NCBI GenBank assembly: GCA_038127095.1 | Contig: JAYPGZ010000004.1 | Span: 16,663 to 80,662 of the forward strand | Source of the DNA: Candidatus Roizmanbacteria bacterium | GTDB lineage: Bacteria > Patescibacteriota > Microgenomatia > UBA1406 > HO2-37-13b | Direction of reading: 5' to 3' | DNA: 64,000 nucleotides | Shown here: piece by piece, positions 60,491 to 64,000 of the stretch | Numbering within the stretch: position 1 is the first letter of the stretch | How the letters are laid out: the number at the start of each line of letters is the position of its first letter | Notes under the pieces: model-generated | The model's database searches: none | The model's input: the letters and a program-made list of their open reading frames with translations, nothing else | Told to the model about the DNA's origin: nothing | Made by a program: the position numbers and the translations under genes

Positions 60491-62761
60491 TTAGGCGAGG
60501 AAGTAGTTTCTGCGAGCGATAATAAATCCAAGAAGTAAGAGTCCTATGACCGTTATAGTAGGATAGTTTTTTTGAGCAAGCTTTTCCTGACACTCTTTGT
60601 CGCACTTTGCTAGTTTAGGTTTCGATTCGGTTTTTGCCTTTGCAACAGTCTTTTGCGCACCTTTTACTGCTCCATACCCGCTATATGTACCTTGTGTGGT
60701 ATTTGCTGCAGTTGGAAGCAGGGTACCGCCGAGTAAGCTTACTGCAGGAGAGTTGGTAGTTGCATTAGTAGTAGAAGTACTTGTAGTGCTATTGCTTGCT
60801 GATCCTGAGTTGCTTTCTGATCGTTTATTAATGCGTACCATTGCCGTTGAGTTGTTGTTGCTGTAATTTGCTTCGCTGCGCGAGCTACTAATGCTTGCGG
60901 TGTTTGCTAAATCTGATTGCTCAAGTGAACTGTCAGTCTTCACCATAACTGAGACCGCTCCTGTTTGTCCTGGTTCAAGGCGTCCGATATTCCACGTAAC
61001 GGTATTTCCTGCTACAGTTGATCCTGCCGGTGTTCCAAGAAGTGTTAGCTGTGCAGGTAAGGAATCGACTATTTTTACATTGTCTGTAAATGTATTTCCA
61101 AAATTTCCGTACGCAATGGTGTAGGTGAAATTATCACCGGCATTGTGACTTGGTTGGTCAACCATTTTAGAAACTACCAGTTCTGGTCGTGGGAAAATAA
61201 TGTTTCCGACAAAATCATCAAAAATATTTATTACGGCAAAAAACCAGTTGTCTCCGGTGATATTAGTATTGCCCATGGTAACTATATTTGCATTTGTTTG
61301 AGCATTGCCAGTATTTATTGAGGCGTTGAACCGACCGGCTTCATTTCGTCCGGTATTGGACAGTAGGTTAATATTATTATCTACAGTTAAATTATTCGTG
61401 TTTTCAATAACAACTGTAGACTTATTTAATTGATTTGCATTGCTTTGCAAGGAGTCACCCGTATTTGTAATGAGTGTGGAATAAAGGTTTGGCGCAGAAG
61501 GATTACCTGCTTGTGGAATAAGCATATATGAGCTATCTAAACCAATAACTTGACCATCCCATTTTCCATACCGATTAATTAATAGAATAAAGAAATTATT
61601 CGCTAAATAATTCGAATTGACCATGTCGATAACATTGTGGCTACTGTTTGCGTCACCGGTCACAATTGATCCGAGCGTATTGAAATTAACAGTATCGATC
61701 ATTACGTTGTCACCTGTTGTATTGGAACTAGCTACACGCTCAGTAACAGTAGCATTATTGGTATTTTTTATTATTGTTTCTTTTTCATTAGTGACAGACT
61801 GATTGACTTGTGTGCTGTTACCAGTGTTGGTAACCTGCGATCCGAAAATAAGTGGGGTAAAACTGTTGTGTAATACATCTAGTTCATACGGTAAAATAAT
61901 GTCTCCATGTTGGCTGCCAAATAAGTTGATAACCCCATAGAAGTAGCAATTTCCAACCAGATTTGTGTTTGCCATTGTAAATAAGTTAAGAGCGGAATAT
62001 GCATCGCCTGTATTGACTGAAGTTCCTGAAGATATGTTATTTATCGCAGAATTATCTCCAGTGTTTGATGTAAGGGTAATATCATTCTGAATAGTAGCAT
62101 TATTATTGTTTCTGATGACAAGTTCTGAGTTAGTTGTAGAAGTATCGATGAGCTTTACGTTATTTCCTGAGTTTTCAATGGTAAATGATTCTGGAGTAAC
62201 AATTGTTCCAGGAGCAAAACACGGTACAATAGAAGATAGGTTAATGTCTTGATTGCTGTCTTCAAAAACGTCCTTAATAACGACTGCTGCACTTTGTGCA
62301 ACTACGTTTGTATTTACTACAGTTGAAATGTTCTGAACAGTTTGCGCGTCTCCAGTAGTTATGGAATTTGTTCCGCCATTGAGAGCGATATTGTCAGTAA
62401 GGGTATTGTCGCCAGTATTGTTAGTAGCATCTATTGAGCGATCAATATCCGCATTATTCGTATTTTCAATTGTAGTCTCAAGGGTATTAGTTTCAGATGT
62501 GGTAACTACAACGTCGTTTCCAGTATTTGTTTCATAAGTAACTTCTTCTGGAGTAATTATAAGTGTCGCCGAATCGGTGGCTGATGTGTCAGTCGTTATC
62601 TGTTCATCTGTTCCAGCTTGATCGGTTACGGTTGGAGTCGGTGTTGGTTGCGTAATTTCTTCAGCAAGAATAGGGGAAAGCGAATTTAAAAAAATGCAAA
62701 AAATAATCAAGACCGATACTATTTTTTGAGTTGTCGTAGAAGTTGCAATACGGGTTATCAT
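60491..62761 (-). CDS. large surface protein: signal/anchor, Thr/Pro linker, four ~100-aa Asn-rich repeats, DUF11-like domain, Ser/Thr/Asn-rich stalk, C-terminal TM with RR tail
   Basis: Start at ATG 62761 (MITRIATSTTTQKIVSVLIIFCIFLNSLSPILA). Repeats at nt ~61190-62539 each carry TNTGN..(E/K)NTNNA..NTGDN..TGDA..NTN. DUF11-like LVVSKMVDQP...WNIGRLEPGQTGAVSVMVK at ~60935-61180. C-terminal ITVIGLLLLGFIIARRNYFLA. Confidence 0.75.
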   Translation of the reverse strand: MITRIATSTTTQKIVSVLIIFCIFLNSLSPILAEEITQPTPTPTVTDQAGTDEQITTDTSATDSATLIITPEEVTYETNTGNDVVVTTSETNTLETTIENTNNADIDRSIDATNNTGDNTLTDNIALNGGTNSITTGDAQTVQNISTVVNTNVVAQSAAVVIKDVFEDSNQDINLSSIVPCFAPGTIVTPESFTIENSGNNVKLIDTSTTNSELVIRNNNNATIQNDITLTSNTGDNSAINNISSGTSVNTGDAYSALNLFTMANTNLVGNCYFYGVINLFGSQHGDIILPYELDVLHNSFTPLIFGSQVTNTGNSTQVNQSVTNEKETIIKNTNNATVTERVASSNTTGDNVMIDTVNFNTLGSIVTGDANSSHNVIDMVNSNYLANNFFILLINRYGKWDGQVIGLDSSYMLIPQAGNPSAPNLYSTLITNTGDSLQSNANQLNKSTVVIENTNNLTVDNNINLLSNTGRNEAGRFNASINTGNAQTNANIVTMGNTNITGDNWFFAVINIFDDFVGNIIFPRPELVVSKMVDQPSHNAGDNFTYTIAYGNFGNTFTDNVKIVDSLPAQLTLLGTPAGSTVAGNTVTWNIGRLEPGQTGAVSVMVKTDSSLEQSDLANTASISSSRSEANYSNNNSTAMVRINKRSESNSGSASNSTTSTSTTNATTNSPAVSLLGGTLLPTAANTTQGTYSGYGAVKGAQKTVAKAKTESKPKLAKCDKECQEKLAQKNYPTITVIGLLLLGFIIARRNYFLA

Positions 62762-62771
62762 GTAAGCCCGT

Positions 62772-62800
62772 ATTATAAAACATTGGCTATTATATTTCAA
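62772..62800 (-). promoter_or_regulatory. promoter (TTGAAA-17-TATAAT), 10 nt from the ATG at 62761
   Basis: Minus strand: TTGAAA at 62795-62800 and TATAAT at 62772-62777. The TTG of the -35 is the spurious track start codon. Confidence 0.65.
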
Positions 62801-62832
62801 CCGATAGCAAGTAAAAGTTAGCTATATACGGG

Positions 62833-62877
62833 AATCCCCCCGCTCTCTGTACCTTTCGGCTGAGAAGCGGGGGGATT
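62833..62877. terminator. 12-bp perfect GC-rich hairpin between the two surface-protein genes
   Basis: AATCCCCCCGCT (62833-62844) pairs with AGCGGGGGGATT (62866-62877). The 21-nt loop has inner CTC/GAG and CC-TTTC-GG pairing. A T-run follows on the plus strand only (TTTTATT), not on the coding minus strand. Confidence 0.45.
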
Positions 62878-62928
62878 TTATTAAAAGCGCTTTAATTCCC
62901 TGTTGATCTAAGAATGATCACTCTTGGA

Positions 62929-64000
62929 TTAAAGCCAAGCCAACCAAGCAAGAAGTCCCAAAGCTCCACCCATATAGGTTGAGTTATGGTTTCCTCCAGC
63001 CATGAAATTGTGTCCCGCACCGGCATTTCCGGTGAATGTACCAAATCCGCCAACATTACTACTTGAAGTGTTTGCGCCACTTGTGTTTGAAGCAAAAGCG
63101 GTTTGAACGCCTAAGTATGTGTTAGCATTTAAAGCAGTAGCGACGGTGGTGTTGTTAGCACTTAAATTAAGTGTTGCACTAGCACCAGTGTTCAATACGT
63201 CTGCTAAGTTGCTTCCCATTGGTAAGTTAAGTCCCACACCAGTTTGATTGCTATTTCCGTTTACGTCGAAATTAGCAAGTGATGCTGCATTTCCAGTTCC
63301 GATAACTCCGGTTCCAATGTTTGCATTGGAAGAGTTATTACCGGTATTGTTGGCAGCAAGTACTGTTTGTGCGACGAACATGTTGTTTTGAGAGAAAACA
63401 GTCAAAACATCAGTTTGGTTGGTGCTTGAATTCAATGTAAAGTTAGAACCTGTGTTGGTAACAAGATTGTTATTACCAGTGCAGGTGTTACAAGGAGTTC
63501 CAGCAAGACCCAAAACTTGAGTTCCGTTATGGTTTCCTTCAACATTCATGTTGCTTACAGAAACTGCATCACCGGTCAAAATTCCTGTGTTTCCAATGTT
63601 TGAATTAGAAACGTTATTACCAGTGTTGTTATTTGAAGCGTTGGTTTGAGCAACGGCCAAATTGTTACTATTTGTAACGCCGACTACTGTTGTAGAGTTA
63701 GCGCTCAAATTTCCGGTAAAGTTTGATCCAGTGTTGGCAACATCACTGTAGTTGTTAGCTCCTCCGTTAGAAGGAAGAACGACTGCAGTTGAATTGCTGT
63801 TTACATCAGTGTTCATGTTAGAAACTGATCCAGCATTGCCAGTTACAATTCCTGCTCCAGTTGAACAACATAAGCTAATGTTTCCTTCTTGAACATTGTT
63901 TCCAGTGTTGTTGTTAGAGACATCAGTTTGTGAAACGGTTGCGTTGTTTACGTTAGTAACATTGACAACAGTTGTGTTGTTAGCTGAGCTGTTTACAGTT
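62929..64000 (-). CDS. Asn/Thr/Gly-rich repeat protein, 5'-truncated by the window edge (paralogous in style to the 60491-62761 protein)
   Basis: My hand translation of 63817-63999 in the same frame has no stop, so the ORF continues beyond the track ATG at 63816 to the window end. At least 4 repeats of ~88 aa: NTGSNfT.N.S.N.T...(V/L).QT....NNTGNN.SN.N(I/V)G..G..TG(N/D)A.S..N..V.GN(H/S)N.T. Ends with hydrophobic GGALGLLAWLAWL. Confidence 0.7.
   Translation of the reverse strand, partial: TVNSSANNTTVVNVTNVNNATVSQTDVSNNNTGNNVQEGNISLCCSTGAGIVTGNAGSVSNMNTDVNSNSTAVVLPSNGGANNYSDVANTGSNFTGNLSANSTTVVGVTNSNNLAVAQTNASNNNTGNNVSNSNIGNTGILTGDAVSVSNMNVEGNHNGTQVLGLAGTPCNTCTGNNNLVTNTGSNFTLNSSTNQTDVLTVFSQNNMFVAQTVLAANNTGNNSSNANIGTGVIGTGNAASLANFDVNGNSNQTGVGLNLPMGSNLADVLNTGASATLNLSANNTTVATALNANTYLGVQTAFASNTSGANTSSSNVGGFGTFTGNAGAGHNFMAGGNHNSTYMGGALGLLAWLAWL

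Noticed and set aside
62762-62800. TTG start at 62800 would add 13 aa (MKYNSQCFIIRAY) to the surface protein.
   Set aside because: The TTG is the first half of the TTGAAA -35 hexamer, and the extension covers the whole promoter. ATG 62761 gives a proper signal/anchor N-terminus.
60491-64000. Asn-codon-rich (AAY) repeats as a diversity-generating retroelement target (VR/TR pair).
   Set aside because: There is no reverse transcriptase in the window, and the repeats are diverged at all base types rather than near-identical copies differing only at adenines.
1-64000. Alternative genetic code (UGA recoded, as in SR1/Gracilibacteria).
   Set aside because: Long conserved genes are uninterrupted under the standard bacterial code. 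TGA is used as a genuine stop at tight gene junctions, e.g. ftsA at 52801-52803 and the membrane ORF at 14883-14885.

Overview
This window is 64 kb of AT-rich, very gene-dense bacterial chromosome. I call 61 protein-coding genes (2 cut by the window edges) and 3 tRNA genes. I saw no rRNA, CRISPR array, transposase, integrase or phage gene. The gene content suggests a small-genome Candidate Phyla Radiation/Patescibacteria-like organism: a standalone Pol I-type 5'-3' exonuclease, shortened versions of several enzymes, a DUF4012-type protein, Asn/Thr-rich repeat surface proteins, and a full peptidoglycan pathway alongside Gram-positive-style envelope genes. That placement is inference only. Layout: (0-14.1 kb) housekeeping genes: a LysRS-like 3' fragment, serS, secA, an alpha/beta hydrolase, a 3-gene ABC-2 transporter, eno, the 5'-3' exonuclease, ftsH, and a fused tsaC-tsaE followed by tsaD. 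(14.1-15.6 kb) a DsbA-like protein and a membrane ORF bracketed by tRNA(CAT) and tRNA-Pro. (15.6-30.7 kb) a ~15 kb surface-glycan locus: priming sugar transferase, DUF4012-like protein, recO, then a 12-gene minus-strand operon with five GT4, two GT2, an acetyltransferase, an ArnT/PMT-like GT-C, a Wzy_C/O-antigen-ligase-like protein and a GDP-mannose pyrophosphorylase-like enzyme. (30.8-33.9 kb) an orphan ORF, glyQS and two small unknown ORFs. (33.9-54 kb) a rearranged division/cell-wall cluster: mraZ-rsmH-ftsL-ftsI-murE-murC-murB-murA-[HAD, GlmU-like, YvcK-like, dgkA]-mraY-[PP-loop ORF]-murD-ftsW-murG-ftsQ-ftsA-ftsZ. (54-60.5 kb) an EEP-family protein, ileS, rodA, rplU-rpmA, a truncated ParB-like HTH protein, lepB and tRNA-Val. 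(60.5-64 kb) two paralogous Asn/Thr-rich repeat surface proteins. The main observations are: (1) at about 20 transcription-unit heads a consensus -10 box (often TGn-extended, sometimes with a good -35) ends 6-10 nt before the ATG, and no Shine-Dalgarno tract is visible at any start I checked, which points to pervasive leaderless, SD-independent initiation; (2) a PP-loop/Cys-cluster ORF wedged between mraY and murD is a candidate MurL-type glycopeptidyl-glutamate epimerase; (3) a UDP-GlcNAc/lipid-carrier supply module is embedded inside the dcw cluster; (4) a bipartite ~27-nt element (GTCATYCTGAGC-N5-6-GAAGRATCTC) occurs at four gene boundaries, always in the same orientation, and donates C-terminal tails and stop codons to serS and eno; (5) tsaC and tsaE are fused; (6) a membrane ORF is punctuated by tRNAs; (7) a pair of Asn-ladder repeat surface proteins may be beta-solenoid fibres. 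All functional calls rest on motifs read by eye and on synteny. No database search was possible.
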